From Guillardia theta CCMP2712 (Eukaryota > Protista > Cryptophyta), in contig NW_005434602.1 of NCBI RefSeq assembly GCF_000315625.1, positions 243,848-307,847 on the forward strand: a stretch of DNA of 64,000 nucleotides. The letters run 5' to 3'. The notes under the pieces are model-generated. The model had not been told where the DNA came from. It saw only the letters and a list, made by a program, of their open reading frames with translations, and searched no databases. The position numbers and the translations under genes are program-made. The first letter of the stretch is position 1. Every line of letters starts with the position of its first letter. Shown piece after piece: positions 23,601-34,799 of the stretch.

Positions 23601-25059
23601 TGCTCAACGGATTTGTGCCAATCGCGACGTGGTGCTAGCGGCTGTAGCTAGAGATGGTCTCGCACTGGAATTCGCATCGGAGGAGTTGCGTAGCAGCTTG
23701 GAGGTGGTACTTGTAGCAGTGAAGCAAAATGGCTACGCGCTGCAATTTGCTTCGTCGGACTTGAAATCGAAGAGGGAGGTGGTGATGACTGCCGTGCAGC
23801 AAAGTGGGAGGTCCCTCGAGCACTCCAACGCTCTGGTCAGTGACAAGCAGATCGTCTTGGATGCCGTGAGACAGGATAGCACAGCCTTGGAGAATGCAGA
23901 TGAGAAATTGAGAGATGACTTTGACGTTGTCTTGACAGCTGTTGAGAATGACAGCAGCGCTCTGCGATACGCTAGTGACAGGCTGAAGAACAATGTCGAT
24001 ATTGCGCTGGCATCGGTCCGGCAGAACGGAAGCTCCATGCAGTTCTTGAGCGACGAGCTGAAGGCTCATCGTCAGGTCGTGCTCGAGGCCGTCAAGCAAT
24101 GTGGATTATCGCTGCAAACTGCTTCTGCAGAGCTGAGAAAAGACGCGGAGGTGGTCATGGAGGCTGTGAAGCAAGATGGCCTGGCCTTGAAGTACGCGAG
24201 CAAGCTGCTGAGGTGCAACAAAGCTGTAGCCCTCGCAGCTGTCAGGCAGGACGGGCGAGCCCTGCAGTACGTCTTGACGCTACAGAACGACCGGGAGGTT
24301 GTGCTTGCTGCCATCCAGGAGACGCCCGCTGCGCTTGAGTTCGTTGGCTCTGAACTCTGGGCCGAGAAAACGTTCGTGAGGCATGCAGTGGAGCAGGACG
24401 GTACGATGATCAAGTTTGCATGTGACGAGATCCGTGGAGATAAGGCGATAGTGATGGAGGCGGTGAAGCAGTGTGGTCTGGCCTTGGAGTATGCCGACAG
24501 CAGCATCAAGTCTTGCAAGGAGGTGGTCTTGGCGGCGGTGAGAAAAGATGGTCAAGCGCTCCAATACGCGAGCGAGAACCTGCAGGAGGACGAGGAAGTT
24601 GTGACAGAGGCTGTCAGACAGTCGGGGGACTCTCTGAGGCTTTTGACCTACGAGCTGAGAAACAACAAGAAGATTGTGCTGGAGGCAGTCGCTCAGACCT
24701 TTTCAGCTCTGCAGTATGCCAGTCTGCAGTTGCGAGCTGACTTGGAGGTGGTGATGGAGGCTGTGAAGCAGGATGGGAGTGCAATGCGGTTCGCTCATGA
24801 GGACATTCTATCTTGCAGAGAGGCTGTCCTCGCGATTGTCCAGGTGGACGCCCGGGCGATCGAGTATGCGGATCCTTTCCTGCTCACGGACAGAAGTTTC
24901 ATCTATCAGCTGACCCAGGCAAACTTCGCGTCTCTCTGCCATGTGCAGCAGCGATTGTCGTGGGACCTTGTAGAGCATGAGATCGTGGACTTTGTGACAT
25001 CTCGCGCTCAAGCCGTACAGCAGGAGCTGAGCACCTCAAAGGATGCGCCGAACTTATAG
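20611..25059 (+). CDS. DUF4116-repeat protein (~1483 aa), single exon
   Basis: Continuous ~25-aa repeats of consensus D(R/K)EVVLAAV(K/R)QDGxALEYASEEL(K/R)x across nearly the whole ORF. First ATG at 20611. Confidence 0.9.
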   Translation: MQRENIITVLRRRGIDLPPSNVNIHSDKEFITMAVSLDGLALEFATSELKDDEDIVFTAVEQNGIALEYAGEASKSDKRIVLAAVKKDGLALQYAHDALRADVEVVTAAVKQDCRALEFASDALKSNKELVMVAIRQDGETLCHASETLKSDMEVALAAVQQDGRALFHVGDDMKSNREIVIAATRRCGYFLEYASEEMRADREIALLAVRQDSRALEFLSEELKADREVVSLAVNQDGWAVEYVSDMLKADKDLMIMAVKKMGIALMHVSDELKADKDLVLAAVSNDGRALEYASENLKGDREVVMTAVRQNGAALEYANEELRDDRAMVIAALRNDGNALEHAGDLLKNDRNLVLFSIRANGMSLEFASEDLVDDFEVVLAAVQDYGRALEYASQNLRGNREIVLVAVRRDGFSLEFASEELQNDLEIVETAIMQSGRSLEYVSDELRSNREIVLKAVRQDGNALEFASDELQADRDIVLTSVRRCGTALEHASEEIQRDKEVVLAAIRQSSWSLESVCYELRSDRDIINAAVISGDWALRYASIELRSDKQIVLRALEKNGCALEYVGNRLKSDYDVVMAAVRQDGRALQYASDELRDDETIILSAVRQDGYALVHASDRCRAMKKLVLNAVEQNGCALEFVGKPLIHDAEVVWKAINQDSSALRHASNEFHNDPTLVKAALSKNGHVLDYVNSDLRFDRDIILTAVNNDGSALRYVDPKYRNDFDIVLAAVKKNGTAVKYASNELLQNKDILLAAVSNEGMALEFASNSFKRDKDVVIAAVQNDGMSLIWADEQLQSDREVVMAAVKQNGRSLEYASRELRADKSIVLVALLHDGRVLNYLDGDSQLCEDKEVVLNAVMQSGQALQYCNATVRDIEDIVFAAVHESGEALEFASPRMKACKRVVMSAVQNNGFSLEFADSSLKNDREIVMSAVRFAGTSLRFASPSLRSDRSVVMEAVQQDGLSLEFAGEGLREDVKLVLQAVKNNGLALEYAAQRICANRDVVLAAVARDGLALEFASEELRSSLEVVLVAVKQNGYALQFASSDLKSKREVVMTAVQQSGRSLEHSNALVSDKQIVLDAVRQDSTALENADEKLRDDFDVVLTAVENDSSALRYASDRLKNNVDIALASVRQNGSSMQFLSDELKAHRQVVLEAVKQCGLSLQTASAELRKDAEVVMEAVKQDGLALKYASKLLRCNKAVALAAVRQDGRALQYVLTLQNDREVVLAAIQETPAALEFVGSELWAEKTFVRHAVEQDGTMIKFACDEIRGDKAIVMEAVKQCGLALEYADSSIKSCKEVVLAAVRKDGQALQYASENLQEDEEVVTEAVRQSGDSLRLLTYELRNNKKIVLEAVAQTFSALQYASLQLRADLEVVMEAVKQDGSAMRFAHEDILSCREAVLAIVQVDARAIEYADPFLLTDRSFIYQLTQANFASLCHVQQRLSWDLVEHEIVDFVTSRAQAVQQELSTSKDAPNL

Positions 25060-25336
25060 TGCTGCAGCGGCGAGGAAGGAGCCTGGCAGGGAAGGGGTGG
25101 TTACACGCGGACGAGTTAGTCATGTATGTTTGGGCGCTCTAGTTGAAGTAGCTGGGGAGAAAGTGTTGATTGAGAGTAAAGGCCTCTGTCTCACTTGTTG
25201 ATGTAGGCCTCTTGAAGCCCTGAAAGAGAAGCAGCTACGACAACGGAGTTTGATTAATAGTTTAATAGACGTCATGAAAAGCTTGCTAATCTCATGCCGC
25301 CAGTCGCACTGCTGTATCTTGCCACGTCCAGATCGT

Positions 25337-25725
25337 CTAGTGCTGCTTGTAGGTGGAGATGGCGTTGCCGGAGTCAGTGTGCACAGTGTGGCCCGAGCCA
25401 AAGGTGTGGAGCCGATGGTCTCGGTGGATCCAGCGATGGAGTGGTCGGTGATGTCGGCTCCACGGAGGTTGTCCATGTCGGTGGTGTCAGCCCAGTAGGT
25501 GTTGATGGAGGCATAGTCGTTGAACATGCCCTGGTCAGTACCGCTGTTCATGCTGTAGGAAGCGTCGTTGACTGAGTCCGCCAAGAAGCCTTCACCAACG
25601 TTGGCAGAGGAGATGTTGGTAGCTCCGAAGAACATGCCGTCGGTGTCAGAGGCGGTGCCTACACCGCAGGAGTTAGATCCGATGCAGGAGGAGAGGGACT
25701 GGAGGTGGAGGACGTCGTGGAACAT
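25337..25725 (-). pseudogene. MFHD-family small protein copy 1 (most divergent), 2-nt insertion frameshift near 25405
   Basis: GGCTCCACACCTTTGGC here versus GGCTCCACCTTTGGC in copy 2. The corrected frame gives GSTFGSGHTVHTDSGNAISTYKQH with a stop at 25337. Confidence 0.75.
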
Positions 25726-26471
25726 TTCCTGTGCAATGAATGTCAAACTCAAACCCTGTCTCTGTCTCTGTCTCTGCCTCTGCCTCTGCCTTTGTTTGGA
25801 TCTTCTTTGCTTCTTTCTCTCATCTGCTCTCTTCGTGTCTCCTCTCAACATCTCTCTCCATCATCGCAGCACCCAACATGGCACGATCATAGTCTCACCG
25901 CAAGTTTTCCTGATGCTTGACTCGCGGTCAATATATGCGCTCACCAAGCCCCCCCCACCCCGGCAGGCTCACTGAAACAATCGCGGCTGAACTCAATTTT
26001 TTAGGCCACCATGTGTCAACCCTTTGCAACACGACATCCAAATTTCAAATATTCACACGATGCTTTTTCAAATTTTGTACCCCCTCCCATCCTATCTCTA
26101 TCAAGTTTGGGGGTACAGAATCTGCTTTTTTATTTCAGCTTGGTTGACGTGAGGAGCCAGACTTCAAGGAACTTCGGAACTAAGAGGGCAGTGATACCCC
26201 GGGCCCGGGGCCATTCGAGTCATCAGTCCGGGCCCGGACGCCGGGGCCCGGGGTCCGCCCGGCGGTGAACTTCCGAAAGCCTAGTATCCCGGGAGGGCCG
26301 GGGCCCGGGAGTCCCGCAGCCTTACAGTCACTCGGCGCGGCCCCGCGACGGTTCAGCTGCGGCACTGCGGCAGTGCAGGCCATCATGGCAACGGTAGTAG
26401 TGCTAGGCCGTCATGGATTTTTCTCCTACTATCACGGATATACTGGACTCCTCAGCAACCTCAAGCGCGAA

Positions 26472-27345
26472 TTTGAAACTTTTGGGACCCCAAAGTAGTC
26501 CCAGCACTCCAAAGGGCTTGTCAGAGAGAGCTGAGAAAGGGAGAAAGCGTTCTAGAGCTCATATGAAAGCAGTCTTGATATCAAGCATCAAAAAGGCGGT
26601 ATCCCACTACCGTGACTGCCTATACAACAACAAGCGCCTTTCTCGAACTCAATGGAAGCAGTTTGTCACGCGGTCGAGACCATCTATCACTGGACGACAC
26701 AAATTCGACCGGTCAATCCCAATGACAAAGAAGTTTCTCAACACCCTTCTTGTCTCGAGACTGTCAAGGCAGCTCTAGATAGCCGCGGTGGAAAAGAATT
26801 ACTGTCTCCTACAATCAGTTTGAAACTTTTGGGCCCCCAAAGTAGTCCCAGCACTCCCCCCGACTACTGTCAAGCTGGACGTGTCGCTGCAAAGGGCTTG
26901 TCAGAGAGAGCTGAGAAAGGGAGAAAGCGTTCTAGAGCTCATAGGAAAGCAGTCTTGATATCAAGCATCAAAAAGGCGGTATCCCACTACCGTGACTGCC
27001 TATACAACAACAAGCGCCTTTCTCGAACTCAATGGAAGCAGTTTGTCACGCGGTCGAGACCATCTATCACTGGACGACACAAATTCGACCGGTCAATCCC
27101 AATGACAAAGAAGTTTCTCAACACCCTTCTTGTCTCGAGACTGTCAAGGCAGCTCTAGATAGCCGCGGTGGAAAAGAATTACTGTCTCCTACAATCAGTT
27201 TGAAACTTTTGGGCCCCCAAAGTAGTCCCAGCACTCCCCCCGACTACTGTCAAGCTGGACGTGTCGCTGCAAAGGGCTTGTCAGAGAGAGCTGAGAAAGG
27301 GAGAAAGCGTTCTAGAGCTCATAGGAAAGCAGTCTTGATATCAAG
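26472..27345 (+). repeat. 380-bp tandem duplication (2.4 copies; first copy has a 33-nt deletion)
   Basis: Units begin tttgaaacttttggg at 26472, 26819 and 27199. The identical ORF starts at 26652 and 27032 are 380 nt apart. Confidence 0.9.
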
Positions 27346-27559
27346 CTCTAGAGATCCCAGCAAATGGCTGCCGCTATTCATCGGTAGGGCTGCCATGGAG
27401 GGAGAGTAGAAGAAGCAGGCCAATGTGTACTGACCTGCACGAGGGGAAAGCCAAGGGCTGCCAGCAGTGTGAAACATCTTCACAGGCTTGGCAACATCAA
27501 GGTCAGCATGTCGCACAATAGAATCCTTGTGGGATCGAATGAAGCATACCCGTGTTTCA

Positions 27560-28190
27560 ATCTGAGGCTTTACGGGTTGCAGACACGTCTACAGCGAATG
27601 TTCAAGGCACCTCCGCTGGATCACACATGAGGTGTGATGTCGAGTTTACTAACTATGCTAGATCAGCATGGCATACAACATGAGGAGAGAACAGACCCTT
27701 GTAGCTGAAGAGGCTGATCCTTATATAGGCTAAGAGAAGGACTGGGGGTATGTAGTGCTCCTTGCTGAAGGAAGCAGGGGTGTCCCCTCCTTGGAAGTTG
27801 ACAAGCTGCCCTCCTTAGACGTTGAACATCCCATCAGCACTTGGAAAGGAAGCCTTGCTCTCTCGTAGGGAAGAGAACCCCGTCCTCTTAGCTTGTAAGC
27901 CACCACGGGTAACACTGTTCCTGCAACAGAGACCTCCAGAGGGGTCCTTTTCAGCAGATTCACACTGGGGTAGAGTATCCTGGGTTGTCCAGGAGAAGTC
28001 AATTTCGAACGCGAGTACGAGGCAGCATCCAACTGTCCTTTCCTTTTGGTTGACCTTTGCCTGACTCGGGTCAGTTCGGTTCCTACGAGCTCTGACAACT
28101 CGCTGACGGCTCGAAAGTCAAAGATGCAAGGATCATGTAAGGCGCTAGCTGATGAGGGAACGGTCCCAACGAAGCAGCGAAGCCGCGCTT
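27560..28190 (+). pseudogene. Degraded copy of a dispersed 'EALRVAD..SRHLRWITH..AYNxRREQTL' sequence
   Basis: gaggctttacgggttgcagac...caaggcacctccgctggatcacaca also occurs at ~29257-29320 (+) and ~36115-36272 (-). This copy has frameshifts and stops. Confidence 0.55.
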
Positions 28191-28399
28191 AGGACGAGGA
28201 GGAAGCAAGCTTGAAGCTAGATTCCTTATGTACAACAGACAATACAGACACTGCTATATCCGTGGTTCGTACTCCGAGGAATACGGGAGGCAAGAGGATC
28301 TGGCCTCCCTTTTGTAGTGTTGGAGATGGATCTCATCTTCACAGAGTACTGGAGTTGCGATTGCTCTCCACACACGTACAAGCAAATCCGATCTCAGGT

Positions 28400-28632
28400 T
28401 GTTCATTCAATAGAACCAGCACATGGCTACGTTCCCGCACATCTTCACGAGTGGAAATGCTTAAAGATTGGTAGGGCTCTCGGCGGATCCAGCGATGGAG
28501 TGGTCGGTGATGTCGCCTCCACGGATGTTGTCCATGGCGGTGGTGTCAGCCCAGTAGGTGTTGATGGAGGCATAGTCGTTGAACATGCCCTGGTTGGCAC
28601 CACTGTTCATGCTGTAGGAAGCGTCGTTGACA
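28400..28632 (-). pseudogene. MFHD-family fragment (internal coding piece plus part of the conserved 3' UTR)
   Basis: 28477-28632 encodes VNDASYSMNSGANQGMFNDYASINTYWADTTAMDNIRGGDITDHSIAGSAE. 28400-28447 matches the family 3' UTR (gttcattcaatagaaccagcacatggctacgttccc). Confidence 0.85.
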
Positions 28633-29253
28633 TTCAAAGGTCATGCTGCACTCGAAGGAGGTTCCGGCTTCACGTATATTGCATGATTCTCTCATGTAGT
28701 ATGCCTGATGCTGTCGTTCAGAACATCTACAACATGAAATTACTGCATGAACTTCCTAACTTCAAGCGAATGCCCGCGATGTCAGGGTCTTCCCTTCAGA
28801 ATTTGTGGCCCCAATACACGTATTCCAAAGAGCAATTCACTGGACTCCGCATAGCTTGACACATTCACAGAAAGCGGGTCCACTTTACCTCTGCATGTTC
28901 TTCAACCTATGTATGTCACTGTTGAAAGGTGCGGTATGTAAACCATGTGTTCGATTAAACGATATCATTTAGAATCTCAGAGCCATCGTCTTCATTGAGC
29001 ACAAAACAGGGAAGCTTTCAACATCACAATCTTGCTGTTTAAGTGATGTTCAACGAGCGACACGAACCAAGAAAGAGCGTGCCCTGACTCTTTGTTATCG
29101 CTGGCACAAGTCTATTCTGACAGGATTAGAGTTGACGTCATGTTTTGAGTCAGATGGAGAGGCCAAGGTACACGACAAGGAGGTCGAACGAGCATGCTCA
29201 CGCCATGTGAACGCGGTGCATAAACCCCCCTACTATACACGATGCTGTCACAC

Positions 29254-29323
29254 CCCGAGGCTTTACGGGTTGCAGACGTCTTCAGCGCATGCTCAAGGCA
29301 CCTCCGCTGGATCACACACAAGG
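29254..29323 (+). repeat. Second copy (fragment) of the dispersed EALRVAD element
   Basis: cccgaggctttacgggttgcagacgtcttcagcgcatgctcaaggcacctccgctggatcacacacaagg. Confidence 0.75.
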
Positions 29324-30700
29324 GTGAAGCGTAAAGTTGTTTGATAACACGAACACTATCAATTCGTGGTGCACACAGCAAGGGGAAGGACAGACCACCT
29401 TAGCAGTTGTTGGCGATCATTTCATAGTCGAGGGGAACAACCAGGGGTGGTGAGGCTCTTCGCGCACGAGCGAGCATTTCTCGTGCGGTCGCTTAGATCT
29501 GCTGCCTGCTCCTCCTCGAAATTCATCCAATCGTACCAGTACAGGAGATACCCCCCGTACTTGGCACACTCTGTCGCCGAACAGGGAGCCGTTAGAGCCC
29601 TTGCTGCCTCGTGGCTGTAAGAGAAGACCATAGCTTCTCTTGCTGCCCACTCCTGCTCAATAAGATTCCTTCCTGCGGAGGCTTGAGCTCGCCTTCGCAG
29701 AGCTCTGATACATGTCCCACTGTTTAGGCGATAATCGCGCTGAGGACATAAAAGCCTGGAGCTGTTGGAAGGGCTTTAGCGGAGCGGAGGCGTCTACATG
29801 TCAGTTCACCTGAGACATCTTGCGAGGCGAGAGCAGACATCCGTATGTTTGCGAACATGCTGAGCATGAGCAAGACAGTGATAATCGAGTCTGGGCTTGT
29901 GGTGCATGTTGCAACACGCTCGTGTTGAGCCAAGTGAGGCACTGCGCCCCCCCCATCAGCTTGACTGATTAGACTTCAACATTCAGCCATCATGAGTGCG
30001 TACGTGCGCGCTTATAAAGGGAGCATGAATTCCTTTGCGGGGATGTTACAGAGTTGTGTTGGGCATCGGACTGCATCGTGACGGCCGCAGAGTATCGGGA
30101 ACGACAGCCATGCTGGTCGAGGATGGATTAAAGGAGGAGTATTTGTCACATGCCAGCAAGTTTTGCTGTTGCGGAGTATGCGGTATGCGGAATGCGAGTC
30201 TGGCGGGTGATCTAGAGTGATTGGAATGACTCATCGTTGATGCCGGTGTTGTTGACTGATGAGGTTTGTCACTCGAAGGTGCGATAGCTTACAGGAACCG
30301 GGCTCTCTAGTGCCAAAGATTTAGCTGCAACAAAAAGACAGGTTGCATGGAAGAATCGTTCTCTCAAATAAGAAGACGCGTCCGAGAGATAATCTAAAGG
30401 GCATCTACGATCTTTGTCCGTATTCTAGTGTTTTCCTGTCCCGTAAATCTTCGTACTGTAGCATGGTGGGAGGGCGAATAGAGCCGACCGATTTAACACA
30501 CTTGGGATGAGCAATGGACGAATCAATCGACCTAGACCAGAAGCAGCAAAAACATCATTGCAAGCATGGTAATTAGATAAGATTAAAATATTGTTCATTC
30601 AATAGAACCAGCACATGGCTACGTTCCCGCGCATCTTCATAACCTGAGCTATGCCTCCTCCAGTCATGACGCGCTTCCTTACTCACGATTCCGAAGTTCC

Positions 30701-31105
30701 TTACTTGCCACCAGCTGGGGAGTGGGGCACGTAGGACACGGTGTTGCCGGAGGCAGTGTGCACAGTGTGGCCCGAGCCAAAGGTGGAGCCGATGGTCTCG
30801 GTCGATCCAGCGATGGAGTGGTCGGTGATGTCGGCTCCACGGAGGTTGTCCATGGCGGTGGTGTCAGCCCAGTAGGTGTTGATGGAGGCATAGTCGTTGA
30901 ACATGCCCTGGTCAGTACCACTGTTCATGCTGTAGGAAGCGTCGTTGACGGAGTCCGCCAAGAAGCTCTCAGCAACGTTGGCAGAGGAGATGTTGGCAGC
31001 TCCGAAGAAGATGCCGTCGGCGTCATAGGCGGTGCCGACACCGCAGGAGTTAGATCCGATGCAGGATCCGGCGAGGGACTGGAGGTGGACGATGTCGTGG
31101 AACAT
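30701..31105 (-). CDS. MFHD-family 134-aa S/T/G/D/N-rich protein copy 2
   Basis: Intact ORF, highly similar to the other copies, with strong C-ending codon bias. Predicted 5'-UTR intron 31109-31178. Confidence 0.85.
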   Translation of the reverse strand: MFHDIVHLQSLAGSCIGSNSCGVGTAYDADGIFFGAANISSANVAESFLADSVNDASYSMNSGTDQGMFNDYASINTYWADTTAMDNLRGADITDHSIAGSTETIGSTFGSGHTVHTASGNTVSYVPHSPAGGK

Positions 31106-31194
31106 TTCCTGCGCAACGATCAGTCATCTGCTCGAGCTTGGCCATGGTCTCTTCTCGGCGTCATGGTCTCTTCCTTACCGCAGAAGCTTGACCG

Positions 31195-31415
31195 CTCCCC
31201 TCCTTCCGCGAGTTTTTGTGAAGTTCTGCTACCCTACCCCCTGCACCCGACTTGGAGTGATTTGGAGCGAGGGGCGGGGAGAGAGGAATATGGGGTGTGT
31301 AACTTTGAAATGTAGGAGCACAGCTTAGACGAGCCGACTGAAATCACTCCAGGTACCCACCAGGGCTCGTCAATCAGCGATCTATTTTGGGATGACCCCT
31401 TGTTCTTTTTTTTCA
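31195..31415 (-). promoter_or_regulatory. Upstream/promoter block duplicated at ~33150-33376
   Basis: Near-identical ~220 bp upstream of copies 2 and 3, including GGGGTAGGGTAG and CA(C/T)AAAAA on the minus strand. Confidence 0.65.
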
Positions 31416-32662
31416 AAGTACGAGGAAAATCAGTTATCGGGTTCAGTACCGAAAGGTTTACTCAACTACATCAGCCCTCGTACTGCAATAGCGATTATCT
31501 CTTCGGACAGACGCCTGGTGGTAGCGAATTGGTTGAAGGAATGAAGGAGTCTTGCTTGAGAATGGAGCCTTCAAGTCTCGGAGTAGACAGTAACGAGTCA
31601 AAGGGAGCAAAAAACAGCGACAGTCCTGTGGATCAATCTGTCTCTTAGAGATCAAGATGTGCAACGGGAAACGAGCCTAATGGGATTATCGGTACTGAAG
31701 CAAGATGGAAGCTTCCCTGTGGAGTATCCTGAGACCAGCAGGTCAAACTCAGAGAGTGATGGCATGTCCATCAAAAACATATGTTCGTCCGGCAAGTTGA
31801 ATAACTTGATTCTCACTGACGACCGTTTCGTGTTCTCGCCATTGGCGACAGATCAAGCTCTTGAGCTGATTTCATCGCATGTTTGCCATCTCCGCTACCA
31901 CCTCCACTCGCTTCCAGACGCTCTCAACGCGGTAGCCGCGGATACGGATGATGACCTTGATCTCCCGGATCCTGCAAGGGTTGTTTTTTCGTCTGATCTA
32001 TCTGAGAGACTTTGCCTTCTTGTCCGTTTTTGTAATCCTTATCTCGCTGGTCGATGCACGTGTTTCGCAAATCTGATGGGACCGCTTTATGAGGTCAGCT
32101 CGAGTGCTTCGGAGGCGCCGGAAAGCTGAAGGAGGCATTCAGCTGGAATCATCGGTTTGAGGTCTGGCATGGATAGCCCACAATGTAGTCGGCTTTGAGA
32201 GCTCTAGTAGACTCCAGCATAGGGTGACGATTGCTCTGTCCAACCAGTACCGGAAAGTGTCGAAAGACGATGCCAGCATAGTTTTAAGGACTTACTCATC
32301 CTGCCACCGCGATCGGGTGGTTCCGAGAAAAGACCATTGTACAACAGAGCCAGCGATGCGGTCTGCTAGGTTTTGCATATGCAAGTGATAGTGGGGATCG
32401 CCATCAGTACAAAATCAAAGTGGTCGTGAGCATCGGACTGAAACGTAACAGCTCTAGAACAGAGTGTGATACTCATGGCTGGATTGAAGAAAAGCTATCT
32501 TTGGTTGAATCAATGTCATGTGACGAAAGCAAAATCAAAAGCATAAGATCAAAATATTGTTCATTCAATAGAACCAGCACATGGCTACGTTCCCGCGCAT
32601 CTTCATAACCTGAGCTATGCCTCCTCCAGTCATGACGCGCTTCCTTACCGCTCGAACACCGC

Positions 32663-33061
32663 TTAGCCGGCGGTGGGGTGGGGCACGTAGGACACGGTGT
32701 TGCCGGAGGCGGTGTGCACAGTGTGGCCCGAGGTGAAGGAGGTGCCGATGGTCTCGGCGGATCCAGCGATGGAGTGGTCGGTGATGTCGGCTCCACGGAT
32801 GTTGTCCATGGCGGTGGTGTCAGCCCAGTAGGTGTTGATGGAGGCATAGTCGTTGAACATGCCCTGGTCAGTACCACTGTTCATGCTGTAGGACGAGTTG
32901 TCCACGGAGTCCTTCAAGAAGCTCTCAGCAACGTTGGCAGAGGAGATGTTGGCAGCTCCGAAGAAGATGCCATCGGCGTCAGAGGCGGTGCCGACACCGC
33001 AGGAGTTAGATCCGATGCAGGATCCGGCGAGGGACTGGAGGTGGACGATGTCGTGGAACAT
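32663..33061 (-). CDS. MFHD-family 132-aa protein copy 3
   Basis: Intact ORF. Predicted 5'-UTR intron 33065-33128 and 3'-UTR intron 32610-32648. Confidence 0.85.
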   Translation of the reverse strand: MFHDIVHLQSLAGSCIGSNSCGVGTASDADGIFFGAANISSANVAESFLKDSVDNSSYSMNSGTDQGMFNDYASINTYWADTTAMDNIRGADITDHSIAGSAETIGTSFTSGHTVHTASGNTVSYVPHPTAG

Positions 33062-34799
33062 TTCCTGCGCAACGATCAGTCATCTGCTCGAGCTTGGCCA
33101 GGACGAAGTCATGGTTTCCACCTCTTACCGCTGGTCTTTGATGTACCTCTGTCCCTTCCGGCGAGTTTTTATGAAGTTCTGCTACCCTACCCCCTGCACC
33201 CGATTTTGAGCGAAGTCAATAATTTGGAGCGAGGGGCGGGGAGAGAGGAATATGGAGTGTGTGACTTTGAAATGTAGGAGCACAGCTTAGACGAGCCGAC
33301 TGAAATCACTCCAGGTACCCACCAGGGCTCGTCAATCAGCGATCTATTTTGGGATGACGCCCTTTTTTTTTTCAACGTAAGGTCACTAGTTGCGGCCCGG
33401 CCGGGCCGGCCCGCCGGGCCGGGCACTGACAGTGACCCAGTCCTTTTGCCTCGCAGTTTACGCAAAGTTAAAAGTTAAAAATCAATACGAGGACAATCAG
33501 GCCTCGGAGAGGCGGGCCAGGAAGTTTCAAGTTTACTCAAAGTTAAGTTACTGAAAAATCACTGTATGAGGCCCGGACAATCATGGCACTCGGCAGTCGC
33601 ACAGGCCATACCGGGCGAGAAAGTCACTCGGAGAACCAACCACAACGGTGAACGGTTGAAAATGATCCTGCTCACGCGGCTGTCCAAACTGAAATTGAGT
33701 TAACTGATACTTACCTTGACGACTGTGACACCAGGCTGACCGGACTCCGTTGAACTCGGAACTTCCGAAGCCCGCCGGGCCCGAACCCGGGACCGCCGGG
33801 CCCCGACCGCCGGTCACCCCGGTGAGTCCCGCCGAGTCCGAGCGGAGGGTCGGAGGCCCGCCCGGTCAGTGACTCGCTGACGAAAGATCCTGGACCCGGA
33901 TCATCGATGCGTTTGCGGCAAGTCGCCGACAGGATCAGCCTGAGAGTACAGTACGGTCGGACCGTGGCACCCCAACCACTGAGGCCCTGAGGGTGCCCAA
34001 GTTCCGAAGTTCGCACCGTCCGATCATCATCACTGACTCACTGAGTGCCCGGCTGGGCCCGGGCCGCGCGGTCGGGCATTCAAAGGCAATCATAAGCCAC
34101 CACAGTGACGCCACCGTGGAAGCGCACTGCCAGGCTGTTTCCTTTACTCAAAGTTAAGTTCGTCTCAGGCTAGAACGCACCGTCTGATGGCCTGACTCAG
34201 TCGCCGTGAACTTTCGGAAATTCCACCTGAGTCACGGACTCGGTGCCGCGGCACTGCAGGGCCCAGGCAGCCGCCGATTGTTTGACAGTGCTCGCAGCTC
34301 AAGGGTGTCATCATCAGGTTGCAGTTGTACAGGAGGGCATCAGCCTCAGAGCTGGCGCTGATGGGACTCCAGTGGCTTTGGGAGGCCCTCAGGGAATGAT
34401 GCGGCGAAGTGTTCATGACTCAGCAAGACTGCAAGTGATAATGGGGTGTATGGGGGCTTGTAGCGCATGTTGCAACTCGCTCTGGCTTGCAGATGAGATT
34501 TAGATCTCGAACTCGACAGCACATCTCTGGGTTGACAAGCGAACAAGTAAGATTTTCTGTGCATAATACGATTTCATCAATGGGCTGTCAAAAAGGTACT
34601 TGCTATTTGACAAAATGCGACATAGTTCAACAGGATGACCTCAGAAAGCAAATATGACAAAAAGCTTCCCTTCAATCGCGTAAGATTAGAATATTGTTCA
34701 TTCAATAGAACCAGCACATGGCTACGTTCCAGCGCATCTTCATAACCTGAGCTATGCCTCCTCCAGTCATGACGCGCTTCCTTACCGCTCGAACACCGC

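Noticed and set aside
25726-25851. N-terminal QR-repeat extension of the 243-aa ORF
   Set aside because: Falls in the predicted 5'-UTR intron 25729-25898 (a GA-rich microsatellite).
31500-32400. ORFs between MFHD copies 2 and 3
   Set aside because: No recognisable motif or consistent splice model. They may be decayed coding DNA but cannot be supported.
32560-32625. tRNA/SINE-like A box (TAGCTCAG) and B-box-like GGTTCTA in the MFHD 3' UTR
   Set aside because: D, T and acceptor stems do not pair. CTCAG is better explained as a splice acceptor.
32663-33061. Identity of the MFHD protein with cryptophyte Tri/ejectisin (RebB-like) ribbon proteins
   Set aside because: About twice the reported size and no recognisable Reb-type motif beyond a 3-residue ITD. 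It cannot be supported without a search.
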